DNA of 64,000 nucleotides from a virus. The stretch is from positions 50,095 through 114,094 of IMG/VR virus record IMGVR_UViG_3300021961_000037; one strand, given 5' to 3'. This document shows positions 46,430 through 55,560 of this stretch, piece by piece (position 1 is the stretch's first letter; the number at the start of each line of letters is the position of its first letter). The position numbers and the translations under genes were made by a program. Under the pieces are notes generated by a model. It made no database searches. It was not told where the DNA came from and worked only from the letters and a program-made list of their open reading frames with translations.

Positions 46430-47002
46430 TTATCTAACCACTGGTTGCTCCGGCTGCTGGCACGCCTGCATGTAGTTGTGCATTTTGGAGATGTCTTCCC
46501 TGTAGGTTTCTTGTGTATTGTCAAAACTCCACAATGATGAAATCACAAATATATCTTGGTTGGATAAATATGTAATGCCGTATTGTTCCGCATTTGTTAT
46601 TTCATCCGCTAAAACGCTACCAACATTTGGATAAAGTTTGTTCTTGTTGTTTTCAAGAATGATTTGATGATTGTCTGGTGCGCTTATGAATACGGCACAG
46701 TGAGCGCTGTCGTCTGGTTGATTAATGCAATATGTTGAAAGTATGTTTTTATTTTTCTCGTTCACCTTGAGAATGTCCATTTTTGTGCAGAACATTTCCT
46801 TACTAAACGATTTACCCATAAACTCTTTTGTTTTTGCGTGAGTTCTGAGTATCAGTTGGACTGTATGTTGCGACGAGTACTTTCTTATCGGCAACATTTT
46901 GAAAAATGAAAGGGTGTCATCGACCCATACATTTTCCGCTTCACATAACCAAACCAGATAATCACATTCTTCCGTGCTAAGCATGTGTTCCTTGAAATAC
47001 AT
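46430..47002 (-). CDS. Degenerate 2OG-Fe(II) oxygenase paralogue
   Basis: Shares 'LS.EECDYL...N.W' with 45674 but shows no HxD...H triad. Confidence 0.55.
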   Translation of the reverse strand: MYFKEHMLSTEECDYLVWLCEAENVWVDDTLSFFKMLPIRKYSSQHTVQLILRTHAKTKEFMGKSFSKEMFCTKMDILKVNEKNKNILSTYCINQPDDSAHCAVFISAPDNHQIILENNKNKLYPNVGSVLADEITNAEQYGITYLSNQDIFVISSLWSFDNTQETYREDISKMHNYMQACQQPEQPVVR

Positions 47003-47026
47003 AAAAGACCGTACACCTCGTACTGG

Positions 47027-47254
47027 TTACCATTTACCTATCGGGCACACGGCTTCAGCAAGTTTGGTTTTCATGTTCATGAAGCATCCGCATTCTTTAC
47101 ATTGTTTGGTTAATTTGACAAAACGGGGACATGCTTCGCAGATTGAGTAACGTCTTTCTGCTTCCGCCTCCGATATGCGCTGCACATTCGGGTTGACCAT
47201 ATCCCAAGGTCGGGTTGTGCCCAATTTTTGCTTGTATTCCTTCCAAGCGCTCAT
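47027..47254 (-). CDS. Small 6-Cys protein (DUF6171-like)
   Basis: R..IC..CP...QCKECGCFM..KT.L....CPIGKW. Confidence 0.8.
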   Translation of the reverse strand: MSAWKEYKQKLGTTRPWDMVNPNVQRISEAEAERRYSICEACPRFVKLTKQCKECGCFMNMKTKLAEAVCPIGKW

Positions 47255-47266
47255 GTGCTTACATTA

Positions 47267-47527
47267 TCACGATGGTTCAGTGAATGTTCGTGTTTCCGCA
47301 TTCCATAGTGAACCCAATACAACCCCAATTGTTTCTGATCTTTCTTGCAATGGGATGATTTCTGGGTTTGATGACAGCCCTGCAATCAGTGGCTCCATGT
47401 TGGGGATATCTGGTATTCCGAATGTCCCTGTGTATTCTCCGTCAACGAGTACCGCAAAAAACTTCGGTGCCGTGATGTCGGCGTTTTCTGGCGGCGTTGG
47501 GTCTGATGGTGTTGGTGTATCTGACAT
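47267..47527 (-). CDS. Adhesin-associated small protein
   Basis: AGGAG RBS; follows the FN3 adhesin. Confidence 0.55.
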   Translation of the reverse strand: MSDTPTPSDPTPPENADITAPKFFAVLVDGEYTGTFGIPDIPNMEPLIAGLSSNPEIIPLQERSETIGVVLGSLWNAETRTFTEPS

Positions 47528-47556
47528 GTTGTCTCCTAATATTTGAACTTATGTTA

Positions 47557-48276
47557 TCAGCAAGCGATGTAAGTGTTATTCCATGCACCCCAATCGGTGA
47601 ATGCTGGGCAACTGCATGTGGTGCAAGCCCCAGAGCAACCTGTTCCACTTGCACCACTTGCACCGCATGAGCCGTCATACGAAGTTCCGTATCTGTACCT
47701 CAGGCTGAAACCTGGCCCGTTGCAATCTTCTTGGTAAACAGTTGTCCCAACACAGCAGACACAGCCCGGCAGTGGTGGCGGCGCCGTATAGCCACATACG
47801 CCATCTCGGTATGCTCCGTTGTATCCTCCGGTTCCTGGGCATGTCTGGCTACATCCACAGTCATAGTATTGGTACGAGAGTGTGCCGTCACATGTATATC
47901 CAACGTATGAACAGTTGTTCGGCCACGGTTCTGGAGCGCACGAACATGGCGGTGGCGGCGGTGGTGGCGGTGGTCCAGGTGCCACGGGTGTTACGGAGTT
48001 TGAAGCACTGGATGTTTTACTTACTCCATATCCAGTCACTGTTGTTACCGTAAATGTATACGCTGTGCCATTTGACAAACCGCTCACGGTTATGGGTGAA
48101 GATGCCCCAGAACCTGTTGCTCCGCCAGGGCTCGCCGTCACAACATATGTTGCATTACCTTTTCCATCGTAGGCGGGGAGAGTGAAAGAAACAGTTGCTT
48201 GACCATTCCCAGCCGATGCGCTTACGGATGTTGGAGAATCAGCGTATTTGCCTCCACCTGAAAAACCAGGAATCAT
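47557..48276 (-). CDS. Fibronectin-III, poly-Pro and 18-Cys putative adhesin
   Basis: 'PTSVSASAGNGQATVSF..YVVT..GLSNGTAYTFTV..SNSVTP', then Pro9 and a Cys-rich C-terminus. Confidence 0.75.
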   Translation of the reverse strand: MIPGFSGGGKYADSPTSVSASAGNGQATVSFTLPAYDGKGNATYVVTASPGGATGSGASSPITVSGLSNGTAYTFTVTTVTGYGVSKTSSASNSVTPVAPGPPPPPPPPPCSCAPEPWPNNCSYVGYTCDGTLSYQYYDCGCSQTCPGTGGYNGAYRDGVCGYTAPPPLPGCVCCVGTTVYQEDCNGPGFSLRYRYGTSYDGSCGASGASGTGCSGACTTCSCPAFTDWGAWNNTYIAC

Positions 48277-48983
48277 TATGCGCTCAAATCACCAACGAGA
48301 ACCCATGTATCAGTTGCCCTCTTGATAAGAGTTGCTGCAGACCATTGTGTACGCAGTTTCAAGCCTGGGGTGCCATTTACAGTAACCCCACCGGAACCAG
48401 CAACGGTTACTTGCCCTGCGCCGGTTTGCAAAAGATCAATTCTATCCCCGACAGCAAATGCGACAGAACTGTTTGATGGGACGGTCAGCGTGATAGAGGA
48501 AGCATTATTGAGTTCAACCAGTTTTGACAAGTCAGTCAATACGAGTGTGTATGTTGTCCCAGTCTGAGGATTTTGCACAGACCTGAAACCTGCTTGTGGC
48601 GTGCCTGTGCCCAGTTTTGTTTGAGTTACAGCCCCAGAACCGATTGTTGTGGCGCCAGTGTTGGTGATTGTTACATCGCCAGACATGTTTACTGATGTCG
48701 GGGAACCACCGCTGCTGAATACAACGATTTGACCAGATGTTCCAGAAAGCGAAATGCCAACCTCAACCCATGAACTTCCGTTATAAACATAGACCTTGTT
48801 GTCTGAGTCAAGGTACGCCAAACGCCCTTCCGAAAGGGTCGGCTCCCCCAGTCCGCCAAACGAAGCGTCACGGGTAGCAGCGTCTGGGAAGCGTGCAACG
48901 ACCTGATCCATCAGGTATCCGTTAACTTGGGATGCGGTTAAAACGCTCCCTGCCGTGAAAAGTCTTACGCCTGCGCCAGCCAT
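48276..48983 (-). CDS. Short tail fibre protein
   Basis: 'MAGAG..LFTAG.VLTA.QVN.YL' N-terminus; 'YTLVLTD..TLTVP..F.VG..QTGAGQV..WVLVGDL'; GGGAG RBS. Confidence 0.7.
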   Translation of the reverse strand: MAGAGVRLFTAGSVLTASQVNGYLMDQVVARFPDAATRDASFGGLGEPTLSEGRLAYLDSDNKVYVYNGSSWVEVGISLSGTSGQIVVFSSGGSPTSVNMSGDVTITNTGATTIGSGAVTQTKLGTGTPQAGFRSVQNPQTGTTYTLVLTDLSKLVELNNASSITLTVPSNSSVAFAVGDRIDLLQTGAGQVTVAGSGGVTVNGTPGLKLRTQWSAATLIKRATDTWVLVGDLSA

Positions 48984-49018
48984 GAAAACTCCCAATTCTT
49001 ATGGGTAAGAGTTAAGCA

Positions 49019-49024
49019 ATTATA
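49019..49024 (-). promoter_or_regulatory. -10 box for the minus-strand fibre cassette
   Basis: Perfect TATAAT about 35 nt upstream of the 48983 start. Confidence 0.5.
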
Positions 49025-49055
49025 CCCTAATTGCAGTTGCTGAATAAAAAGTGTT

Positions 49056-49586
49056 CTATTTGAAAGGTTTACCAGTGGCCCATGCAACGAGTGCCCATCT
49101 TGTTCCGCTGGTTATCGGTCTAACTCTATGAACCGCCCAAGACGGGAAAACTGTAGCCACCCCGCGTTCACTCGGAACAACTCTAGAAACTGGGCCATCC
49201 AGTATTTCAACTTCTCCACCTTCATATTCGGAAGGGTCGGAAAGTTGTATGGTGATCGACAGTTTTCGTTTTTTGTTGTTTACCGGCGACCAGTCCGTGT
49301 GCCAATCGTAATGGTCTCCTATTTCATATTTGAAAATTTGAAGTTGCTCCATACCCGAAAGTTCAAATTCAAGTGAATTGAGTTTCTTGAACTGTGAGAA
49401 AACAAATTGCCGCATTGATTCGGTTTCAATTTCTGTCCCTTTGACTGATCGAATCTTGTTTTGCTCAATTCCTTTAGCGTAAAAAACGGATGCTTCCTGA
49501 AGCGGTTTTTTCTGTGTTTGCGAAATAAGGTAATCGCACTCCGTTTCGGACAAAACAAGTGCACTTTGAACGCCGTCTATGAGCAT
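49056..49586 (-). CDS. 2OG-Fe(II) oxygenase (PKHD / P4H-like)
   Basis: 'YDWHTD', 'RKLSITIQLSDP..YEGG', 'FPSW.VHRV.P...G.R.ALV.W'. Confidence 0.88.
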   Translation of the reverse strand: MLIDGVQSALVLSETECDYLISQTQKKPLQEASVFYAKGIEQNKIRSVKGTEIETESMRQFVFSQFKKLNSLEFELSGMEQLQIFKYEIGDHYDWHTDWSPVNNKKRKLSITIQLSDPSEYEGGEVEILDGPVSRVVPSERGVATVFPSWAVHRVRPITSGTRWALVAWATGKPFK

Positions 49587-49645
49587 GCCCTTTTATTGTA
49601 GTTGGGCAACGTGATGTAGAATTGTTAAGTTCTTGGGGGTGGTGG

Positions 49646-52600
49646 ATGCGTTCCGGGCGCTTATTGTATATAAATCTCATATTTTTGAGTGCGCTTGCTT
49701 TGGTGCTTATGTTCCTGCCTGTCTCTGCAAGTGCTTCGGATGGCAACAAACTCGTCTTTTCGTGGTCGTCGGCAACAGTCTCCCAGCAAGTGAGTGTTCC
49801 GGAAGGCTGGGCGAGCGCGACCTCGGTAACCGCAACGGTTAGTGCCGCTGAAGCACAGGACTGGAAAGAAGCGTCCGACAAACTCATCATTGGAATCTCC
49901 CTGTATGGAGATGGTGGCGGGTTGATGTATAGCCACGACACAGGGCAAATAACACTTACTGATAACGGGTCATACAACGACTACACATTAAGCGTTACCT
50001 CTGAAGGAGTGGGTTCTGGTTGGGCGGATGTTGCATCTGTAAAAATATCAATCACAGGACAAGATGGCGAGTTATGGGCGGGCAACTATGGAACCGCTGT
50101 TGAGTCCGCATCGCTTCAACTGAATGATGGAACCGAACTTCTTAGCAATACTGAATTCACGTCCAATGCTGGCTGGGTGTCTTCTGCTGGATGGCAAACA
50201 TGTTCTGGTGATTCTGGTTCTCTGCCATGCGTGGGCATAAGCGCAGTTGAGATTGCTGCCGCTGCGACAACCACCACAACGACTACCACAACGGTTCCAG
50301 AGGTTGCGTTGTACTACCCATCTGGACCTCAACTCAATATAAGCAAGTCCACTGTCACCGATGGCGGGTGGTCACTTTGCTACTCGGGAACCTACGGTGC
50401 GACTGCCTCGCTAACCACAATTGAGTCCGACTGCGACGGCGAATACCTCATCCTTGCCGGTGGTCAAACCGGCTCAGACACCCTGATGCTTCTTGCTGCT
50501 GCCCCAAGGTCGGATGTGTTCACAAATACGACAACAGCCCACCTATCCAACGGGTCGTACTGGTACTACGGACGCGACCACAGTTCGTCAATCGGCTTTG
50601 CCCCAAATGCCACGATTCAGTTGAGCAGTGCAGACGTCTATAACACCTCTGACCAATACCGACTCTCCTGGCATACCAACTACTGCGGAAACCTGATGCT
50701 CTGTGGAGGCTGGCGTGTCGGTGCTGTCGTCGGTCTCAACTCAGGAGATTCATACACACGGTATGTGTATGAGTCTTCAGATGGTGCTTCGCCTACGACG
50801 ACTACAACTACTACAACTACTACGACAACTACAACTGTTCCAGCACCGACTTCCATTGAGGTGACCAACCTCTTGGATGACGGGTCAGAGGGAAGTCTTC
50901 GCTGGGCGATTACCCAAGCGAATGGAGCATCTGGTGGAGCCAATGACTCCATCACCTTCGCAGAGGGTCTTACTGGAACCATAACGCTCACATCAAACTT
51001 GCCAAATATCACCGACACCCTGACTATTGATTCCGACGATGCAATAACAATTGCTGGCAACTATCAGATGTACATATCAACCGGAGTGACCGCAACGGTT
51101 AACGACATGGGCTTTAGCCAGTCGTACATAACCAACGAGCGTGGAACCCTGTATGTGAACAGTTGCACCTTTACAAACCTTGGCAACTATGGGGTGGGCA
51201 ATAAGAATGGTGCGACCCTCACCTACATAGATGGAACCACATTTAATGGTGGAACACGAGGAGTCTGGTCAGACTGGGGAAATACGCCAAATCCGTTCAC
51301 CACGGACGACTCTGCATACCAGAACCGAATCTACGTAACAGACTCAACGTTCCAAAATCTGTCAGTTGGAATAGGAACCGAGCGTTCAGTATTTGTTTCT
51401 GGGTCGACATTTACGAATAACTCCACCCACATCAATGCAAGAGGAATAAACAAATACAGGATCACCAACAACACATTTAGCGGTGGAACTAACGGAATAA
51501 TCACGTTCTCCAACATCCCAGCGTGGGAAGGATTCTTTGCCAATAAATCAGTGGATGCAAACAATAGATACATCTCTGGGAATACGTTCACCAATGTTTC
51601 CAACTATGCAATTTATTTGGACGACTACTACGGCAGTGTTCCGGACCAGCAGGGTGCAACGATTAGGGACAACACATGGGACGAGACTGGTGTGTGGGTC
51701 AGTTGGAGGAATGCCAACGGAAGGTACAACGAAACAGAGGTTGACGGTGGAGAGTATCCGTATTATTCGTTGAGCAACACTTCCAGTGCTCCGCCGCCGA
51801 CTACCACGACAACCACAACCACTACAACTACAACAACAACTACAACAACTACTGTCGCTCCCGCTGCGCAGGAAGCGCCTCCCCCGACAACAATTGCTCC
51901 TCAGCCAGTAAGTCCTGAACCTGGGACGACGACAACGACGACCCTTGCCCCTGAGCCCGAGCCTGAGCCTGAGCCCGAGCCTGTTGAGACGACCATTCCC
52001 GAACAGCCCGATGAAGAGATATCACCTGAAGAAGACCAGCCCACGCCATCCGAAACAGGAACAACATTGCCTACTCTTCCTGAGGATGAGACTGACTTTC
52101 CTGACGAAGAAGAGGTGGATATCCCAGCCGATGAAGAAGAACAACAGCCCCAATCGCCAGAACCCCAACCAGAGGAAACATCAGAAGAAGAAGATTTTCC
52201 ATTTGATGTAAATATACCAAATCCAGAACTTGCCCAAGACCTAGAAGACGCTTTGGTTGATATTGGGGACGCATCAGCCGATGAACTTGATGAAGTCCTG
52301 TCCGACCTTATTGACGAAATACCTGACGACGAACTACTTGAATCCCTAGATGACGTGGTTGAGGCACTTCTAGAGAACGTTCCGGACGACCAGATTGACG
52401 AGGTGCTCGACAGTCTTGTTGAGGCAATCTTTGAGAACGTCCCGGAAGACGAGATTGCAGAAGCCCTAGAAGAAGTCATTGACGTTATTTCCGATGGGGT
52501 GAACGTAGATACCCTGACCGAAGAGCAAAAGCACGAAATTGCCACCGTAGTTGAAGCCATTATCGCCTCTGGCGTAACGGAAGAAGTCGCCGAAACGCTT

Positions 52601-53248
52601 GCCTCAAACGAGGCAGTTCTTGAGTCAATAAACACCGATGAGGCCGAGCAGGTGTTTGAGGTAATTGACGCAGAGGATTTGACCGATGAAGTAGCAGAAG
52701 AAATTGTGGCTGCCGTTCAGGATGCCCCAAGCGACATCCGTGAGGTCTTTGAAGATGTTGTTGACCTGTTTCAGGGTGTGTTTGACGATTATGTGATGCT
52801 TGGTTCAACAATTGATGTTGGTCAACGCCGAACCGTTGTTGCCGTTACCGCACTAACGACCGCCGTTGGTGGTGCTATTGCCTCTGGTGGGTCGCTTGGT
52901 GGTAGCCCATCTGGGGGGTCATCACCTTCCTCGCCGAACAATCCAAACGATGCGGCGCGAAAGGAAGATGAAGAAGAGGAACCTTCAGGAGAGATTGCTG
53001 GTGATGGGGTAGAATGGGTGAGGAACATACGAATCTTCAAGTATGTAAATGGGGTGAGAGTGGTGGATTGGAAAGCATTTATCAAGAAATTTGGTTACGG
53101 TGTTATGAATCTCGGGTTCACACTTGCTGGTTCCCTCGTGGTTTATTTGACACTTTCTGGGCCTATCCAAAGAATCGCTGGAATCACCACGCTTGCGGCG
53201 TTTGGTGCTGCGATGTGGATTCACATGAAGGAACCTGAAGGCGAATAA
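49646..53248 (+). CDS. Large exported, C-terminally membrane-anchored surface protein
   Basis: Signal peptide ending ASA; FBA-like 'GQDGELWAGNYG'; three poly-Thr linkers; beta-helix-like 'NNTF' repeats; acidic stalk; C-terminal hydrophobic helices. Confidence 0.75.
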   Translation: MRSGRLLYINLIFLSALALVLMFLPVSASASDGNKLVFSWSSATVSQQVSVPEGWASATSVTATVSAAEAQDWKEASDKLIIGISLYGDGGGLMYSHDTGQITLTDNGSYNDYTLSVTSEGVGSGWADVASVKISITGQDGELWAGNYGTAVESASLQLNDGTELLSNTEFTSNAGWVSSAGWQTCSGDSGSLPCVGISAVEIAAAATTTTTTTTTVPEVALYYPSGPQLNISKSTVTDGGWSLCYSGTYGATASLTTIESDCDGEYLILAGGQTGSDTLMLLAAAPRSDVFTNTTTAHLSNGSYWYYGRDHSSSIGFAPNATIQLSSADVYNTSDQYRLSWHTNYCGNLMLCGGWRVGAVVGLNSGDSYTRYVYESSDGASPTTTTTTTTTTTTTTVPAPTSIEVTNLLDDGSEGSLRWAITQANGASGGANDSITFAEGLTGTITLTSNLPNITDTLTIDSDDAITIAGNYQMYISTGVTATVNDMGFSQSYITNERGTLYVNSCTFTNLGNYGVGNKNGATLTYIDGTTFNGGTRGVWSDWGNTPNPFTTDDSAYQNRIYVTDSTFQNLSVGIGTERSVFVSGSTFTNNSTHINARGINKYRITNNTFSGGTNGIITFSNIPAWEGFFANKSVDANNRYISGNTFTNVSNYAIYLDDYYGSVPDQQGATIRDNTWDETGVWVSWRNANGRYNETEVDGGEYPYYSLSNTSSAPPPTTTTTTTTTTTTTTTTTTVAPAAQEAPPPTTIAPQPVSPEPGTTTTTTLAPEPEPEPEPEPVETTIPEQPDEEISPEEDQPTPSETGTTLPTLPEDETDFPDEEEVDIPADEEEQQPQSPEPQPEETSEEEDFPFDVNIPNPELAQDLEDALVDIGDASADELDEVLSDLIDEIPDDELLESLDDVVEALLENVPDDQIDEVLDSLVEAIFENVPEDEIAEALEEVIDVISDGVNVDTLTEEQKHEIATVVEAIIASGVTEEVAETLASNEAVLESINTDEAEQVFEVIDAEDLTDEVAEEIVAAVQDAPSDIREVFEDVVDLFQGVFDDYVMLGSTIDVGQRRTVVAVTALTTAVGGAIASGGSLGGSPSGGSSPSSPNNPNDAARKEDEEEEPSGEIAGDGVEWVRNIRIFKYVNGVRVVDWKAFIKKFGYGVMNLGFTLAGSLVVYLTLSGPIQRIAGITTLAAFGAAMWIHMKEPEGE

Positions 53249-53331
53249 CCGCTAGGTTTCATTTTTGGTGTACAATGTTTAGACCTTTACGTCGCAAGCG
53301 CAGGCTTCAACGCCGCAAACGGGGGAAGAAC

Positions 53332-54165
53332 ATGGGAAAAGTTGCATGGGACTACATCAAGCCCGTAAAGCAACCAGCAGATGTTAAGGGATTCCAGCCT
53401 GGCAAGTTGCCGGACTCAATTCTGCGCCCTGTCAAGGGTGGCGGAAAAATGCATTGGATTGCTGCGTGCGCATGGGAAGCAATGGTTGAAAAAGCCAAAT
53501 CTGAGGGTCTTGAATTGAAGCCGACCTCAGCAGGCGACACATACCGATCATACGATTCCCAACTTGCCGGATTTAGACAACGCTACCAACTTCAGCCAAT
53601 TCCGGGAGCGAGCACTCGAACATTTGAAGGCAAAAAGTGGTATTTGAAAAAAGGATTTGCTCCTCTTGCTGCACCAGGCACATCGCAGCACAACACTGGA
53701 TTGGCGGTCGATGTGCATACCGCTGGAGAACCCAAGCGTCTCAACTGGCTAATCGCAAATGTCAAAGACTTTGGATTTTCATGGGAGGTTGTCCCACAAG
53801 AACCGTGGCACCTGCGCTACTGCGACGGCGATAATCCTCCGCCCGCAGTGAAGGCGTACATGGAAAAGAACGGCGTTACTGCGCCGGTCGCTGGAGCAAC
53901 CAGTTCTGCTTCTGTTCCAGCGGCTGGTTCTTCTGCACCATCGGTCAATGATGATGGTGGCGACTTGGAGAAGGGCGACAGCGGTCCACGCGTAACGAAA
54001 CTCCAAGAGGAACTTGCCGAAAGAGGCTTTTATAAAGGCAAGGCAGATGGTGATTTCGGTCCGAAAACTGCGGCTGCCGTAATTGCATACAAGGCGTCAA
54101 AGGGGTACGGCGCTGGTTCTAAGGCTGGCAAGCGAGTGCTGGATGATTTGGGGATTGGGCTATGA
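53332..54165 (+). CDS. Endolysin: M15 (VanY-like) peptidase plus peptidoglycan-binding domain
   Basis: 'YRSYDSQ', 'PGTSQHNTGLAVD', 'EPWH'; 'L.KGDSG..V..LQ..L...DG.FGP.T..AV'. Confidence 0.9.
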   Translation: MGKVAWDYIKPVKQPADVKGFQPGKLPDSILRPVKGGGKMHWIAACAWEAMVEKAKSEGLELKPTSAGDTYRSYDSQLAGFRQRYQLQPIPGASTRTFEGKKWYLKKGFAPLAAPGTSQHNTGLAVDVHTAGEPKRLNWLIANVKDFGFSWEVVPQEPWHLRYCDGDNPPPAVKAYMEKNGVTAPVAGATSSASVPAAGSSAPSVNDDGGDLEKGDSGPRVTKLQEELAERGFYKGKADGDFGPKTAAAVIAYKASKGYGAGSKAGKRVLDDLGIGL

Positions 54166-54413
54166 AAGATAAGACGATGTTCATTCTCGCCATCGGTGTG
54201 ATGGCGGCAATCCTCACCGCAATCGTTGGCGATTATTTGGTTGCCGCACTTGAAACACAGTCAACTGGTGAAGCAGTAGATGTTTCTGCAGAAGTAATGA
54301 CCCTCGTCCAAACGGCACTTGGTGGTGTAATCGGTATCCTCGGCGGATACTTCGGTGCCAAAGGCATGAAGAAAGACGGACACTGCGACAACTGTTCATG
54401 TGAGGACAAGTAG
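54162..54413 (+). CDS. Two-TM membrane protein (holin-like)
   Basis: Two hydrophobic helices; follows the endolysin. Confidence 0.6.
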   Translation: MKDKTMFILAIGVMAAILTAIVGDYLVAALETQSTGEAVDVSAEVMTLVQTALGGVIGILGGYFGAKGMKKDGHCDNCSCEDK

Positions 54414-54727
54414 TGGAATACTTGGTCGCCGCAATTTCCGCAGTCACGGCAATCGTAGTTGCTGTCGTTGAACGGCGAACCAGACGAGATGACGAGAAGT
54501 GGCAGCAAAATGCCGATGACCACAAGGCTCTTGTAGACAGAATGGACATGATTGGCTCGAATCTTGGTCGCTCACTTGACAGGGTTGAAGACAGCATCTC
54601 CCACCACATCATTCGTTTGGAAAACAAAGTTGAGCGCCACGATCAAGTTCTGTTTGACCATCTTGCATCTCATGCAGAATCTGACAAACCAGCAACTCCC
54701 CGGAAAAGGGCGGCGAAAAGAAAATGA
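54413..54727 (+). CDS. Single-TM coiled-coil protein (lysis cassette)
   Basis: N-terminal TM followed by a heptad-like region. Confidence 0.6.
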   Translation: MEYLVAAISAVTAIVVAVVERRTRRDDEKWQQNADDHKALVDRMDMIGSNLGRSLDRVEDSISHHIIRLENKVERHDQVLFDHLASHAESDKPATPRKRAAKRK

Positions 54728-54996
54728 AAATGAACGAAACATTTAAAAACATTTTGATGCGCATTCTTGCAACATTCGCAGCCAGCGGTCTTGGTGTCAT
54801 CGGCGCAGGCACAATTGCCGGTGTTCCGGTTTGGAAAGCCGTGTTCATGGCGGGCATCGCTGGAGTCGCCACCGTTGTTGAGGGTTTGTCTCGGGCATTC
54901 CTTGATGATGGAAAATTGAGCGCCAAAGAAATCAATGAAGTGTTCGCCAAAGTTGACAAGAAAGCGAAGCGTTCATCCTCAGACGAGCAGGTGTAG
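54724..54996 (+). CDS. Putative holin
   Basis: Two TM helices and a charged C-terminus. Confidence 0.6.
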   Translation: MKMNETFKNILMRILATFAASGLGVIGAGTIAGVPVWKAVFMAGIAGVATVVEGLSRAFLDDGKLSAKEINEVFAKVDKKAKRSSSDEQV

Positions 54997-55184
54997 TGAA
55001 ACGCCTTATTTTTGTCTGTGCTTTACTTCTCGCTGGATGTGGATATGACGGACATTACCGCTACGAATGTCAAGACCCAGAAAATTGGGAAAACAAAGAG
55101 TGCAATCCACCAATATGCAAGGTAGACGGCGTTTGCTCCAAAGATTTGATTGGTTTCGACTGGGAAGGGGAGGAACAACCGTGA
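54996..55184 (+). CDS. Small lipoprotein with four extra Cys
   Basis: MKR-hydrophobic-LAGC lipobox. Confidence 0.7.
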   Translation: MKRLIFVCALLLAGCGYDGHYRYECQDPENWENKECNPPICKVDGVCSKDLIGFDWEGEEQP

Positions 55185-55462
55185 AACAGCGTTTTACACC
55201 AGAAGACCTTGATGCACGATTGAAGTTCATCATCGGATGCATACTGGGCTGTGTTTTGCTCATCACTACGGTCGGCATTTTGTATGCCCTCGTTTTTGTT
55301 GCCCAGCCAACTGGAGTTCAGGCAGAGAATGACAAGATGTTCTTCAACGTGCTGTCATCGGTGGCGACGTTCATTACTGGGACGCTTGCTGGTTTGATGA
55401 TTTCTTCTGGTAAAACCAAGCCCGAGGCAAGCAGTGACGATACCACCGAAGAAACTGAATAA
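55181..55462 (+). CDS. Two-TM membrane protein
   Basis: GTG start with GGAGG, overlapping the lipoprotein stop. Confidence 0.65.
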   Translation: MKQRFTPEDLDARLKFIIGCILGCVLLITTVGILYALVFVAQPTGVQAENDKMFFNVLSSVATFITGTLAGLMISSGKTKPEASSDDTTEETE

Positions 55463-55560
55463 ATCAGCCTAAAATAGCCATATTTCAGCACAATACCCGG
55501 CTTGTAAAACTGCCGATATTGCCCTAAAATTACCTCATTATTAAACATGAGGTATAACCA

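Noticed and set aside
45488-47002. Stop-codon readthrough joining three same-frame ORFs
   Set aside because: The separators are TAA and each ORF has its own start; TAA-ATG junctions also occur at 32028/32029 and 60141/60142; TAA, TAG and TGA all end genes normally, so no recoding is evident
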